Positions 49,046-62,499 of a DNA stretch of 64,000 nucleotides are shown one piece after another. This DNA is from Protoeuglena noctilucae (taxonomy: Eukaryota): assembly GCA_958009085.1 (NCBI GenBank), contig OY253675.1:744001-808000 (forward strand). Reading direction: 5' to 3'. Position 1 is the first letter of the stretch; each line of letters starts with the position of its first letter. The notes beneath the pieces are model-generated. The model was given only the letters and a program-made list of their open reading frames with translations. It was not told where the DNA came from and did not search any database. A program made the translations under genes and the position numbers.

Positions 49046-52000
49046 ATGGAGGAGGGCGTCTGGTATCCCGCGCAGTGGACGCGGGACCTGACAAAGAAGC
49101 GCAAAGTCAAGCACGACGGCTTTGTGAAGTTCCACGAGGCGAACGCCTGGCTGTGTGGAGAAGACCGCCAGGTGCCGGGCGGGTATCCGCGGCGCAGCGT
49201 GCCCTGTGCGACACCATCTGTCGGGCTCGCGCTTTGAATGGCCGGCGCTCCTCTGCAGGTCCTGGCGGGTCCGGTGGCCCGGGAAAGTATCAGGCCAGGC
49301 GACGGTAATCTATCCTGCTTTGCTGGATTCCTCGTGGACGTCGACGACGCGCCTGCGGGGGGAAGGGGCCAGGCTGGGACCGCGAGCACGAGCGCGCCGA
49401 CTGCGGGGCAGCTCGGGGGCCCGTCGCGCGGCCGGGTCCGCCAGTGTCCCGCTGTGGGGTCTCGCGGATTCAAGGCCCCTCGCATGGCGCCGTCTGCCCC
49501 CAACCCTGACGTGCCTCGACCTGGGCAGGACGCAGCGGCATGGCCGAGGCAGCCAGCGCTGAGAGCCGCGGCGGTGGGTCTCGCGGACCGCCGCGATGCC
49601 CCGTCGCGCAAGATGGGGTCCTGGGGATCCCTACTGACGAGCATTGCCTCCGCTGCGGCCGCGGAACCTGCACGGACTCCCAGCTCCGCTCCCGGGGCCC
49701 AAGCCGGCAAGGTGACATGCAAGCTCGCACAGCCGGGAGAGGCTTTCCTAGGCAAGTGCGCGTTTGCCAAAAAAATACATTGGCAAAGTGACAGCTGACA
49801 TCACAGCCTCTCCTGTTTCCGATGCGCAGCCGAGGGCCGCGACGTGGTCCCGGTTCGAGCAGGGCGAGGCAGAGGTGGACTGGGCGGCACGCGTGCAGGA
49901 GGCCAGTGCTCGGAACCCGGAGGCTGCGCAGCGATGGGCGGCAGACCCACCACCCGGGGCTGATGGCAGCGACGGGGGCCCCGCACCTGCCGCCCTGCCC
50001 GGTCCTGACAGAGCCGTGGTGCACAAGCAGGGTGCCATGGCGGCACAAGACGGGCGGCACCTGGCAGCCGGAGAGGGACGCGGGCGCAGCGGGCCACCCA
50101 AGCCTGTCGCTCGACGTGGGGCGGAGGAAGGAGAGGAGGTGTGGCACGCAACGCGACACCTGCAGCAACTGCGGGCCAGAAGCCCCTGCATGGGGGTGCG
50201 GGTCGTTTGACATGTGACGCCGACGTGACATATGAAGTCCCACACGCCTGCAGGATGGGTCGGGAAGCGAGGAGGACGTGCCGCTGCTGCAGAGGCTACC
50301 ACCGGGTCCACCCAAGCCGACGAGGCCCGTGGCACCTCTGCGCCGCCAGTCCACCTCGGCAATGACGCAGCGCACAGGGACACTCGCTGACGTTTGGAGG
50401 ACGCCCGGTGACTCTCCACGACACGCGGCAGAGCCACTGAGGGCGCAGGAGAATGTCGACACTCCCAAGCTTGCTGTTGGCAAGGTCGCTAGCAGTTCCC
50501 AGAGCAACGCGCGGGTGGTGCCTACCGAGGTTGTGTGGAACGGGCCGGACGCCTCTGGTGCGGCAGGGAGGTACGCGGGTGTGCCAGCCCGATTTGCTAC
50601 GCTGGGGCAGCTGCAGGCGGCCTTCACGGGGGCGCTGATGGAGGAAGCGAGCCTGCAAGTGGCGGACATGGGCAAGCGCTTTGCTACGGTCTGTGCCCGG
50701 GCAGGGCAGGCGCAGGGAGCCAGCCTGGAGTTCATGTGTCGCCGTGCTGGGGTCCCTTACTACAGCAGGGCCCAGCTGAGCGTGCACCGGCCCAGCCAGC
50801 GCAGCGCCAGCGAGTACTTCAAGCCCAAGGGCAAGAAGGTGCGGGCCGGCTGGGTGGATTTTTCTCGCAGCTGGCAGCTGCGGTCGACGGAATGGGGAGC
50901 GCCCCGCCCCTCACTGCAGGCCGCGTCGCGTGACGACGGTAGCGACGAGGAGGGCGCCCGCTCGGCCCAGACGCGATACTTCCTGACGCTGGAGTCGACG
51001 CTGGAGAGGGCCAGCGCGTTCAAGAAGGGCGACGTGTGGGTGCTGGCCTCCACGGAGCGTCCGCAGGTGGCGCAGCAGGGCCAGCTGGCACTCGGCGGGG
51101 TGTCGAGGCCCTGGACGATCGTGGTGAAGGCCCTGTGGCACGGGCCGACGCGGGAGGGCAAGATGGAGGTGGAGATGCCGAGTACGCGGTTGCCACCGTT
51201 GGGCAAGGGGTGCAAGGTGTTTGCGCTGAGAGGTGCATCGGGGCCAACCGAGCTCATCGCAGCCGCCGAGCTGCAAGGGGCGCCGGCGCAGCGGCACCCG
51301 GCGCTGAGGTGAGGGCGTGCGCAAGCGCAGCTGCGGATGCGACTGATGGCGGCAATGCGCGCCTGTTGCTATGACCTTGCTACCCGCTGGTCCCTTCCCA
51401 CCCCTGCAGCCACTTGCTGGGGCCCCCTGTCCCTGCGGATCGTCTCACATCCGTGCCATCGGCTGAGCGTGAGCCATCCGCGGCCGCCGACGAGCCGGCC
51501 GTGTTGCTGGGCCTGAACGAGGAGCAGCGGGAAGTCCTGCAGCATGCGGTCAGCTGGTTTAACCCCGAGAAGGCGCAACGGCGCAGTCCCGTGTGTTTGG
51601 TGCACGGCCCATTTGGGACGGGCAAGTCGACGCTGCTGGGCGCCATCATTCGGCTCCTGGTGGGGCAGACGCAGCCTGCAGCCGCGGCGCCTGGGACCAA
51701 GGCGGGCCCTGCTGCACGACAGCCCCCCTCGGGCCGCGTGCTCGTCGTGGCCCACACCAACGTGGCTGTCGACCGTGTGCTGTTGGGGCTGAAGGTGATT
51801 GTGAATGGCACACATGCATGACATATCAATGTGGCCAACACTGACGTAGCTGTCGATGTAGCTATCGTGTCCTTCGCTCCTTGTGTTGCTCGCAGGATGG
51901 GGGCTTTGAGCGTTTCCTGCGCGTGGGGTCGGTGGCGCGCGTGAACAAGCGCCTGCTGCGGCACTGCCTGCACTGCGCCGACTCACGGAACTCCAATACG

Positions 52001-53918
52001 GCCGACGAGCTGCAAGCCATGCTGCGGGAGACGACCAACCCGGCAGAGGTGGCGGCCATCCGGTGCGCGTGCCTGGCACGGCTGCATCGTTGCTGCTGCG
52101 CTGCGCATGGCCGAGGCAGATGTCGAGCCCATGCCTGGGTCTATGTCTCACCAGTGCGTGGTGGTTGTATGCAATCGGCACCTGCCCAGTTGTCATGTTC
52201 TCATTTAGTTCTCATCGAATCTTAGCCAACGCCGCACGCAGGGAGGAGCTGGAGCTGGTCCGGCGTGGGGTGGAGCGCGAGCGCAAGAAACTGCTTAAGA
52301 CGGTCCCCGTCGTGGGCGTCACGTGCTGCTCCTCGGTGCTTCCGGTCCTCGACGACCTGCGCTTCGACGTGGTCGTGCTGGACGAGGCCAGCCAGATGAT
52401 CGAGCCCATCAGTCTCCTGCCAATCATGGCGAGTGTTGTGGTCGGCGCTGCTGCCCTGCCCCATGTAGCACCTGCAACGGGTCTCTAGTCTCCGCTGCGT
52501 TGCAGAAAGCATGTCACTGACAAAGTACCCTGAGCCAGTAACCATGCTTTCTTGTACCCCTTGCTTGCTTGCAGAGGTCCGGGTGCAAGTACGTGATCTG
52601 TGCCGGCGACCCATGCCAGCTGCCTCCCGTGGTGGCCAGCCCCGCGGCGCTGTCGCAGGCGCCGCGCGGGAAGGAGAACGGAGAAGCGCGGGGGAGTGCT
52701 TCGGACCCGGCCCATGGCTCCCTGGCGCGGCCCATGTTCGTTCGCCTGACGCAGTGCGGCCACCAGCCCCACCTCCTGCGGCGCCAGTACCGCTGCCACC
52801 CGGCCATTGCAGCCGTGCCCAACCGGTGCGTACCTGGCGCGCAGCAGCACAGCCCAACACTCCTCACCGACGCTCCCCAGTGACATGACCACCCAATAGC
52901 TGCGATGGTTGCCGTGGCCTGCACACATAGCTGCTGCTCTCTACCTCGACTGCGGTCACATCACCACCCATCTTATCCCTCAGGCATTTCTACGATGGTC
53001 AGCTCCACGACGGGTGCCAAGACTCGGACCGCCCCCCGCTCGTGCCCGGTCTCGCCCCCGTCACGTGCGTGGACGTGCAGGGCAGGGAGCAGCAGGACGC
53101 GGGGCACAGCACGTTCAACGAGGCGGAGGCCAGGGTCGTGGTACGGGCCCTGGTGAGACCAGGGGGGCTAGATGACGAACAGGACGAGCTGTGCTTTGGA
53201 ACCAGCCCAGCACTTGCAGAGTACGGGTTCATGCCCGCATGCCCATGCCTGGGTGTATTGCCTGTCGCATCGACTCGCCGCGCCGCACAGCACCGCACTG
53301 AGCACCAATTGTAAACACCCGATGCTTGCGAGCAGAAGTGGCTCAAGGAGCGGGGCGTGGACCTCGGGCGGTGCGGGGTCATCTGCTTCTTCCGCGCCCA
53401 AGTGCGCGAGGTGGGGCGGGTGGCGGCGGAGGAGGGGCTCTTTGTGTCCCGCGCCGAGGGCGAGGCTGGGGACGCGGAGGAGGGCCGCGAGATGGCCGAC
53501 GGGGCCCTGCAGGTCGCGACGGTGGATGCGTTTCAGGGGGCCGAGCGCGACGTGGTGCTCCTTTCCACCGCCACCACCCGAGCCAGCAGGTGCGGGGTAC
53601 CAAGGGATATGGCATTATGGTCGGCATGGTATGGCCACACAGCACGACCGGTGCCCCGCCGTCCTCGCCCGCAGCACGTTTGCGTCCGACGCCCAGCGGC
53701 TGAACGTGGCACTGACGCGCGCCTGGCACCACCTCATCGTTGTCGGGTGCTGCCAGGCGCTCGGCGGCATGTGCCCCGCACTGCGAGACCTGCTACGCCA
53801 GGCGCGGGCATGCCCGGGCGGGTATTGCCCCCGGGGGGTCTTCCCCCCGCCGCGGGTGCAGCACATGTGCATGCAGGCCGACGACGAGGGGGGCGACGAC
53901 GACTGGGGAGGCGGCTGA
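49046..53918 (+). CDS. ZGRF1-like protein: DUF2439-like N-terminus plus UPF1/DNA2-type SF1 helicase
   Basis: YPAQWTRDLTKKRKVKHDGFV at the N-terminus; LNEEQ, VHGPFGTGKS, VAHTNVAVD, LDEASQ, GDPCQLPP, LRRQYRCHP, TVDAFQGAERD, RLNVALTRA. Confidence 0.85.
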
Positions 53919-54283
53919 TGCGCTGCCCAGGCTCCATGCCCATGCTTGCATGTATGACGTACGTGTCGAATTTGAACTCCATGTCTCGTCATCGGCTTTG
54001 TCCTTGCGCATAGTGCCAGGTGACAGCTCTAGAGCCTGAGTGGTGGCTTTTTGGATATTGATACAGGACGTGTACGGTAGTGGGCCGGCTCTATCCACCA
54101 AGTAGCACGGCGTGAAAGCGATGCTGCAGGAATCGCCTCCATGGCAAAGGAGGAAGTTAAGGAGCTGGTAAAAGACACGAGGGGGCGGTAGAAAGGGTGG
54201 TGAGAACGGGGCTGCCGCAGGCACCCCAAGCCCCAACGGGCTGGCGGCGGATGGGCGGAGGTGAAAGAGTGAGTAGAAACGCC

Positions 54284-56801
54284 TCACGCACTCTGGCGAC
54301 CCTGCCGAACGAGCGCGTCGTTCACGGAGCTCCAGTGGAAAGTCTCGGGAACGCAGTTGTTGGGGTCAACGGGGATGCGCAGCCCGCCCCATATCTTGAT
54401 GGTGAGCGGGCAGCAGACGCGGTTGTTCGTGGGGACTTCGGGAGGGAATGCGACGGGATCCGCCGCCGCATTGGTCCAGGAACGCAGGGGAGGGAGGGAA
54501 TTGATCTCGGGGACGGAAGTGAAGAGCTTCTTTGCCACCCGCTGCTCAAAGGTCGTCCTGCGGGTCGTTAAGATGGCATCTAGATATCACAGCATCACGA
54601 CTCGCATGCGCCGTGCATCATGCAGTCAAAGTCTTGCATCATGTTTGGGTCGGCGACGAACACTAGTCGACGACAGGCTGAGGTGGTGGCATTTGTCGAC
54701 TCACCGCACGGATGGGTCCACCAGGACTCTCTTGTATCCCATGGCGACCATGTCCATGACGATCTGCTCGGCGTCCGGTGCGCCGCAAGAGTCGAAGGCC
54801 AGCCCGACCGTGAACCGCGCCCCGCGTGCGAACGGCTGCGCTGGCATGGCGGCCACGCCGGTCCAGCAAGAGAAGGCCGGGACGGGGAGCCCGTCCGCGA
54901 CGCGGTCCCTCGCATCCGCCTGCGACGTGAACGGAAACATCCTGAGGAAGGGCCGCCCGTCGACGTCACGGTATGCGAAGGCGTCGTGGAGGCCGATGCC
55001 GTCCTTGCTCAGCTGCGAGGGCGGCAGAGGTTGAGAGCCCTCACACAGGCACTCTATGACGTCCGTGTTTCTCGCAAAGGTTGTAGGGATGTCACGGGAG
55101 TCGCATCGCAGGCTGCAGGGTGCAGGTATCAGGTGTCGCATGGCCCCTCACCGCCAAGTCCAGGCCGCACGCCACGTCTGCCGGGTGCTGCAGGAGGCGG
55201 GCGACGTCGTTTGCGCACCAAAAGGACGATTGAAGCCACAACACCCTCGCGTACAGCTCAGGCCTCGCGAGTTTCGGCGTGGGGAAGTTGGGGCCCCCGG
55301 CGCTGAGGTCGAGGACGGTCGACGACACCGAAGCGGGTAGCAAAGGGACCATGGCCGCGTTGCGGAGCTGCGGGCGAACACATGCCAAGCGTTGCAACGG
55401 TGATTGCAGTGTCACGGCAAGGTTTTATGAAGGCAGCATGGCTTGCAGGGATCGTACTGGGAGACACAAGCTGTGCGCACCTGCAATGGGACCTCCACGC
55501 CATTATCCGTGTAAAGCTGAACTCGTGCCGACGTGATGGCCATGTGGGAGACCCCCAGGCCCTCCAAAATCATCGACGTCAGCTGTGGGTGCCACCACAC
55601 TCCATACTTCACAACACCGCTGCGCCAGGCATGTCCATGGCGTGACACCAGCCCCCTTGGCTCACGGGCGACCCTTCCTCCTACCCCCTGCCGTACGAGA
55701 CCGGTCCCATGCTACCACCGGACCCCCTCACACATCGCGGCTCACCTGCACGAAGGCCGGCGTGTCGTCCTTGCCGCTCCCCGACTCCACCAGCGACACA
55801 AACACGTTCTCCGGCCCCACCAGCGCGATCAGCCGTAGCAGCTGGTAGATCCACTGCGGCATCGCCACCTCCTGGTCCTTCAGCAGCGACGCGATGAACA
55901 CCTTGCCGTTCAGGTCCAGTGGCAGCTGCGGGGGCGGCCAGGGGTGCTGCCATGCTTGCACACGCTTCGGGGGACCACATCGCCTGCACGATCGACATAC
56001 CTTGCTATGGAAAACGCTCCCCTGTGCGGCCCTGCCCTGCCCCATGCGGGTGTCACCGCACCTTGAAGGTGGGGTCCACCCAGCACGTGCTTTGCGACAG
56101 CGCGGCCTCGTCGATGAGATCGAGCATGTGGCCGCCCAGTCGCTGCGCTGCAAAGTACGCCATGCTGCCGGGTGCCTCTGGAATACCCTTGGATTGGCTT
56201 AACGTGATGAGACGGTCTCTCGCGCTTATTGCGAGTTCTCGCAAATCCCACATCGTCAGGCCCTGCAGAACCTCCACCGTCACCCCAGGCTGCTGGCTCT
56301 GACCGTGGATCGACGCTATCAGCGACCCCAGCCGGCTCTGCGTCACCGTCTCCACCACCACCGCGCGCTGCTCGTCCGTCAGGGGCCCCAGGTCCCGCGC
56401 CGACGAGTCGCTCTTCCTGCGCTTCTGGTCCCGGCCCGTGTACACCAGCTGGGCTCCCGAGTCGAAGTCCACGAACGTCGCCTGCATCCTCGGCCCGTCC
56501 GCCTGCGTGAATGAATGGGAGGGGCATGTGTCGCGGCAAACGCACCGGAAGCGCGGTGCGCCCTTGCATCCTGCGCCGGTCACTGACGCTGTCTCCCTGC
56601 AATGCGCCTCCGTGCGGGCCGTGCGCCCGCCCGCCGCACCTGGGCATAGGCGCGCGTGACGGCCCGCGAGCTCCCGCCGCCCGAGCCGGAGCCGAAGAAG
56701 CGGATCGCCAGGACCAGCGCGCACAGGCACACGCATGCGATGATCACGTTGCGTCTCTTCGCCGGCGCCCCCTTCTTGGGGTGCGGCGGGAGGCTCTTCA
56801 T
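54284..56801 (-). CDS. CAP59/GT69-like (cryptococcal mannosyltransferase family) protein, copy B, motif-degenerate
   Basis: Signal anchor, KVFIASLLKD...ENVFVSLVESGSGKDDT, LRNAAMVPL, DVACGLD, FSCWTG, VLVDPSV. Confidence 0.85.
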
Positions 56802-59800
56802 CACCGCGTGACAATCACTTGATGCGTGGGATCCCGGACCGATGGGCAGCTACACGAGCAAGACATTTGTTCTTCCGCAATCATTTTTCACATCGACCCC
56901 CTCCATCAAAGCCCCGGCGCCCAAAGGAGCGCATGCGAGTGTTGTAACGGTGACCCAGATCGGTGCATCAAGCCAAGAGAGCCGCAGGGACAATCCTCTT
57001 GCCCGTTGGCACCTGGCGCGTAATCCTCACGCCCGCGGCTATCACAATGGGTGTTGTGCTCGTGGGGCCTTCCCCGCCATGACATGTGCAGCACGTGTGC
57101 GCCATGGGGCGGTGAGGACTGGATCTAATACCTGAAACGATGGGTTCGCCGAGAGTTCAAATCGATGCGGTGCCCTGCGGAAGTGTACGGGCCAACATCA
57201 CAAGTCCACCAAAGAAAAGGCGCCCTCCCGGCTCACGGATCCCGCGCGACGCTCACGCAGGGCGTCACGTGAGCTGCAGGTGAGCAAGTGCAAAGGAACG
57301 GAGTCGCTCAAGGCCATGGATGCCATGCCCTGCCAACAGGGGCCGGGAACAGAGACACCTAGGCCCCGTTCCGCGACTGCCGGATGAGAGCGTCGTTAAT
57401 GGGGCTCCAGCTGAAGGGCTGGGACATGCAGTCACGGAAGTCGACGAGGTTGTGCGACGGCCGGAGCTCGCAGCACTGCACGCGGCCGCCGGTCGGCACG
57501 CGGGCGGGGAACACCACGGGGTCGGCAACCACGGCGGACCACGGCTGCAGCGGAGGGAGGTCCTTGGTGCCGAGCGGGTACGTGTACAACTTCTTGGCAA
57601 CCTCAAACTTGTAGGAGTTCCTGCAGAAGCAAGCACGCACGGCACACAGGTCGCGCCGGCCATACGAAGGTACCGCAGGTCGGCACCCGACCCCAAACAA
57701 AGGAAGCGCACATCTTGCCCGGCTGTCAGCTCTGTGACGCATGCGCTGCCGTGACGCCAGCTCACCGCACGCTCGGGTCGATTAGGACCTTCTGGTACCC
57801 CATGGCGACCATGTCCGTCACGATGCGTTCGCTCTCCGATGACCGGCAGTCCTCCTTGCCGTGTCCCGCCGTGAAGAGTAGGCCCATCTTGAAAGGCTCC
57901 GCGGGCGCTGCCAGTGCTCCGTTCCAGCAGGAGAGCACCGCGAAGGGCAGCCCCTTGACGACACGGTCGTACGACTCCGGATGCGCCGTGTAGGGGTGCG
58001 AGTTGCTGAAGCGGTTGCCGTCCACGTCCTTCGAAACCCAGATGTCGTAAAAGATGGGGGCTCCCTCGGCAAGCTGCGGAGACCGAGCGGAGCACCTGTG
58101 AGACCCACGTGTCGTGTGCCCCACCGGTCGCTCCAACATGTCATGTGCCGCAGCGGTCGCTCACCGTGTAGTCCAGCCCGCAAACGATGTCAGCCTTGTG
58201 CTGCAGGAGGCGCGCCATGTCCTCAGCGCACCAGAAGATGTCATTAAGCCACAGCACGCGCGAGTAGGCGTCCGCGTCGGCAAGGCGCAGGGTCTGCCCG
58301 TTCGCTGTCAGGAACTTGCTGCCCGACACCGAGGGCGGCACCGAGTCGGGGAAGAGGGGCAGCATCGCCGTGTTCCGGAGCTGCGGGCAGGGAGGGCCGG
58401 GCGGGGCAGGTTGGCGTGAGTGACGGCAGCCGAAGGGGCGGCTGCGTGGTGCCAGATCGGCCAGGGAAACACAACTGTTTGTCTTCATGTTCCCCTGTTG
58501 TACTTGCAAATCACCGCCGTCAGCAACCTGGCTTACGGCATCGCACTTTAGTCACCCAACACAACCACACTCGCCTGTGATAATGCCTCCACGCGACCTT
58601 GCGAGTAATGCCGGATCTGGCCAGACGTGATGGCCATGTGGGAGACCCCCAGGCCCTCCAAAATCATCGACGTCAGCTGTGGGTGCCACCACACTCCATA
58701 CTTCACAACACCGCTGCGCCAGGCATGTCCATGGCGTGACACCAGCCCCCTTGGCTCACGGGCGACCCTTCCTCCTACCCCCTGCCGTACGAGACCGGTC
58801 CCATGCTACCACCGGACCCCCTCACACATCGCGGCTCACCTGCACGAAGGCCGGCGTGTCGTCCTTGCCGCTCCCCGACTCCACCAGCGACACAAACACG
58901 TTCTCCGGCCCCACCAGCGCGATCAGCCGTAGCAGCTGGTAGATCCACTGCGGCATCGCCACCTCCTGGTCCTTCAGCAGCGACGCGATGAACACCTTGC
59001 CGTTCAGGGCCAGCGGCAGCTGCGGGGCGGGTGGGTACAACGGGCGCTGGTGCTGCAGAGCACCACGTCGCCTTTGTAAGCAACGTGAATTGACATACGC
59101 AACGCGTGCCAGAGCGGCCCCGCCCATGCCGCTGTGTCCAGCCGCCACACCTTGAATGTGGGGTCCACCCAGCACGTGCTTTGCGACAGCGCGGCCTCGT
59201 CGATGAGATCGAGCATGTGGCCGCCCAGCCGCTGCGCAGCGAAGTACGCCATGCTGTCGGGTGCCTCAGGGATGCCCTTGGATTGGCTCAATGCGAACAG
59301 GCGATCACGAGCTCGAATGACCATCTCCCTCAGGTCCCGCATGCTGATGGCCTCCAGAACCTCCACCGTCGCCCCCGGTTGCTGGCTCTGACCGTGGATC
59401 GACGCTATCAGCGACCCCAGCCGGCTCTGCGTCACCGTCTCCACCACCACCGCGCGCTGCTCGTCCGTCAGGGGCCCCAGGTCCCGCGCCGACGAGTCGC
59501 TCTTCCTGCGCTTCTGGTCCCGGCCCGTGTACACCAGCTGGGCTCCCGAGTCGAAGTCCACGAACGTCGCCTGCATCCTCGGCCCGTCCGCCTGCGTGAA
59601 TGAATGGGAGGGGCATGTGTCGCGGCAAACGCACCGGAAGCGCGGTGCGCCCTTGCATCCTGCGCCGGTCACTGACGCTGTCTCCCTGCAATGCGCCTCC
59701 GTGCGGGCCGTGCGCCCGCCCGCCGCACCTGGGCATAGGCGCGCGTGACGGCCCGCGAGCTCCCGCCGCCCGAGCCGGAGCCGAAGAAGCGGATCGCCAG

Positions 59801-59908
59801 GACCAGCGCGCACAGGCACACGCATGCGATGATCACGTTGCGTCTCTTCGCCGGCGCCCCCTTCTTGGGGTGCGGCGGGAGGCTCTTCATCACCGCGTGA
59901 CAATCACT
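55530..59908. repeat. Tandem duplication (period about 3.09 kb) with two apparently identical blocks
   Basis: 56291-56819 matches 59380-59908 and 55530-55914 matches 58624-59008 by visual comparison. Confidence 0.9.
57359..59890 (-). CDS. CAP59/GT69-like glycosyltransferase, copy A
   Basis: Same N-terminus as copy B; LRNTAMLPL, RVLWLNDIFWC, IVCGLD, FYDIWVSKD, LSCWNG, CRSSE, VLIDPSV. Confidence 0.9.
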
Positions 59909-60279
59909 CAATCAACCGCGCCACGGGGTTTACGCGCATAGCGTGGCCAGGTCCCCTCATTAACCGAAACGAGGCGCGTGTTCTGCGCTTGGTCGGACAG
60001 GAGGCTGCGAAGAGATGTGCAGAGCTGTCGGAGGGGATGTGCGCACTCACAGAACGAGATGCTGTCGGAGAACGCACGGCTTCGGGAGTAAACGGTCGTG
60101 TGCACCAATGTAAGCCGAATTCCTGGATCCTGGGTCCCAGATGCCCTCGCTGGCGGCCTTGCAATCTGGCGAAAGGGCGCCAGTGATGTTTTGCATCCTC
60201 GCGACCAGGGAATTGATGCGGGCTCAACCCTTCCGCATTCTCGCAACTGAATCGGTGTCAGGCTCTTGGCCAAAGCATC

Positions 60280-62201
60280 ATGCCGCCAATCCTCGCCGCT
60301 GCGGCGTGCACGCAGTGGAATGCTGCGCTGCGGCTGTTACCGCAGGGCCTGAGGGGCACCCCCTCGGTCTGCCTGCTGACGATCCAGAATTCCACTCCGC
60401 GGGGAGAGCGCGGCCGCTGCTCTTCTTCGTCCTCCGGCAAGACCTACGAGGGCTGCATCGACGCCTACCGCACAGCCAGCCACGACAAGATCCCGGTGGC
60501 CAATCCGGTGGTCGACATCGATGGAGATGAGATGGCCCGGGTAATATGGGCCATGATCCGGGAGAAGTTCATCCTGCGGCAAGTGTAACAGTCGGCTCGG
60601 GGCACAGCCCCGCCCGTACGGCGCTCTGTGCACCGCTCCGCATGCCTCGATCGGAACGTGGTGCTATCCTCTTCATCCTGGTCCACGCTCGCAGGGACCT
60701 GGACGTGCAGCTGCTGCACTACGACCTCGGGCTGCCTCACCGGGACGCGACGGACGACAAGGTCGCGCTGGACGCGGCCCGCGCCATTCAGGAGCACCAC
60801 GTTGGCGTCAAGTGCGCCACCATCACCCCGGACGCGGCGCGAGTGAAGGAGTTCAACCTCAAGCACATGTGGAAGAGCCCCAACGGCACGATCCGCAACG
60901 TCCTCAACGGGACGGTTTTCCGAGAGCCGATCGTCATCGAGAACGTGCCGCGCCTCGTACCCGGCTGGCGTCACCCCATCGTCATCGGCCGACACGCTTT
61001 CGGGGACCAGTACAAGGCCACGGACCTCCGCGTCCCGGGCCCTGGCACGCTGGAGCTCGTCTGGCGCCCCGATGGAGGCGAGCCGCAGACGCTCTCGATC
61101 CACAAGTTCGACGGCCCGGGCGTGGGACTCGGCATGTTCAACACCGACGACTCCATCGCTGGCTTCGCGCGGACGTGCTTCGAGTACGCCCTGGCCCGTG
61201 GCTACCCGCTCTTCATGAGGCGAGTGGCGGTTGACGGCATCTTACAGCGCGAGTGTGAGCGTTCTATGCAGCGTGGCATATGAAATGGTTTGGCACATGA
61301 AATGGTCAGCCCGTACTCCCGCGAGCCTCGTGTCGCTTGGGTCCCTTGCAGCACGAAGAACACGATCCTGAAGGCGTATGATGGGCAGTTCGTGCGCATC
61401 TTCCAGGAGATCTACGAGCGCGACTACAAGCGCCGCATGGACGAGGCCGGGCTGTCCTACGAGCACCGCCTCATCGACGACATGGTGGCGCAGGCGCTCA
61501 AGAGCAGCGGGGGGTTCATGTGGGCGTGCAAGGTGCCTGCCGTCTCTGCGAACGCCTCGCTCGCTCGTTCATAGCGATGGCGCCGCTGACGCTGAGGCAA
61601 GAGCTTGTCCTGCAGAACTACGACGGCGACGTGCAGTCGGACATCGTGGCCCAGGGCTTCGGCTCCCTGGGGCTCATGACGTCCGTCCTCGTCACCCCGG
61701 ACGGCCGCACCCTGGAGGCAGAGGCTGCGCACGGCACCGTGGTGCGTCTCGCTGGCTTTCTGCATGTTAGGGTTTGTTCGCAGACTAGCCAGGTTGCTGC
61801 ATCATTGCATTGTGGCTGTTGTGAGAGTCACAGGGCCTGCCATTCCGTGCCCTTCCCCGCCCGCGCAGACGCGTCACTGGCGCGCGTTCCAGGAGGGCAA
61901 GGCGACGTCCACGAACCCCATCGCGTCGCTGTTCGCCTGGACGCGCGGCCTGGCCCACCGCGCCAAGCTGGACAACAACGCCGCGCTCCTGCAGTGGTGC
62001 GAGGACCTGGAGGCTGCCGTCCTCCGCACCGTGGAGATGGGCCACATGACCAAGGACCTGGCCGTGCTCGTCAAGGGCGGCGCGGACAAGGTCGGCCGGG
62101 GCGACTTCATGATGACCGAGCCCTTCTTGGACACGGTCCGTGCGACCTTCGAGGACATGCGGTGCGAGCGGTGCCACGTGGGGGGCGAGGAGTCAGATTG
62201 A
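60280..62201 (+). CDS. IDH: NADP-dependent isocitrate dehydrogenase with organellar targeting extension
   Basis: [96 protein letters not shown]. 5 exons, 2 GC-AG introns. Confidence 0.97.
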
Positions 62202-62499
62202 GAGAGTGGGGAATTCCAGGAGGGTAGCGCCAGGTGCAGCAACCCATCCAAGTTCCATCCCAGCTTTGCTTTGCCAGCCTGCATGTATCGCAGGCCAGCC
62301 AGCGCAGTGCTGGCCCTGTTTGCGCCCCATCGCGCCCTGTTCGCCGTTCCTTTGCATCACTTCACCGCAGTTGCCACTTCCCACAATCGCATTCCCTTGC
62401 CTATCAGCCGCACCGCATCCTAGCCACGCCTCGCTGTCCAGCCTCGGTCTGGGTGAGCATGCGAGGTCACGAGGCCCACGTTTCCACCGATCGCACCAG

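Noticed and set aside
55585..58840. Identical introns at two loci as introner elements
   Set aside because: The identity extends into flanking exons and reflects the tandem gene duplication. By eye I found no shared intron family between unrelated genes.
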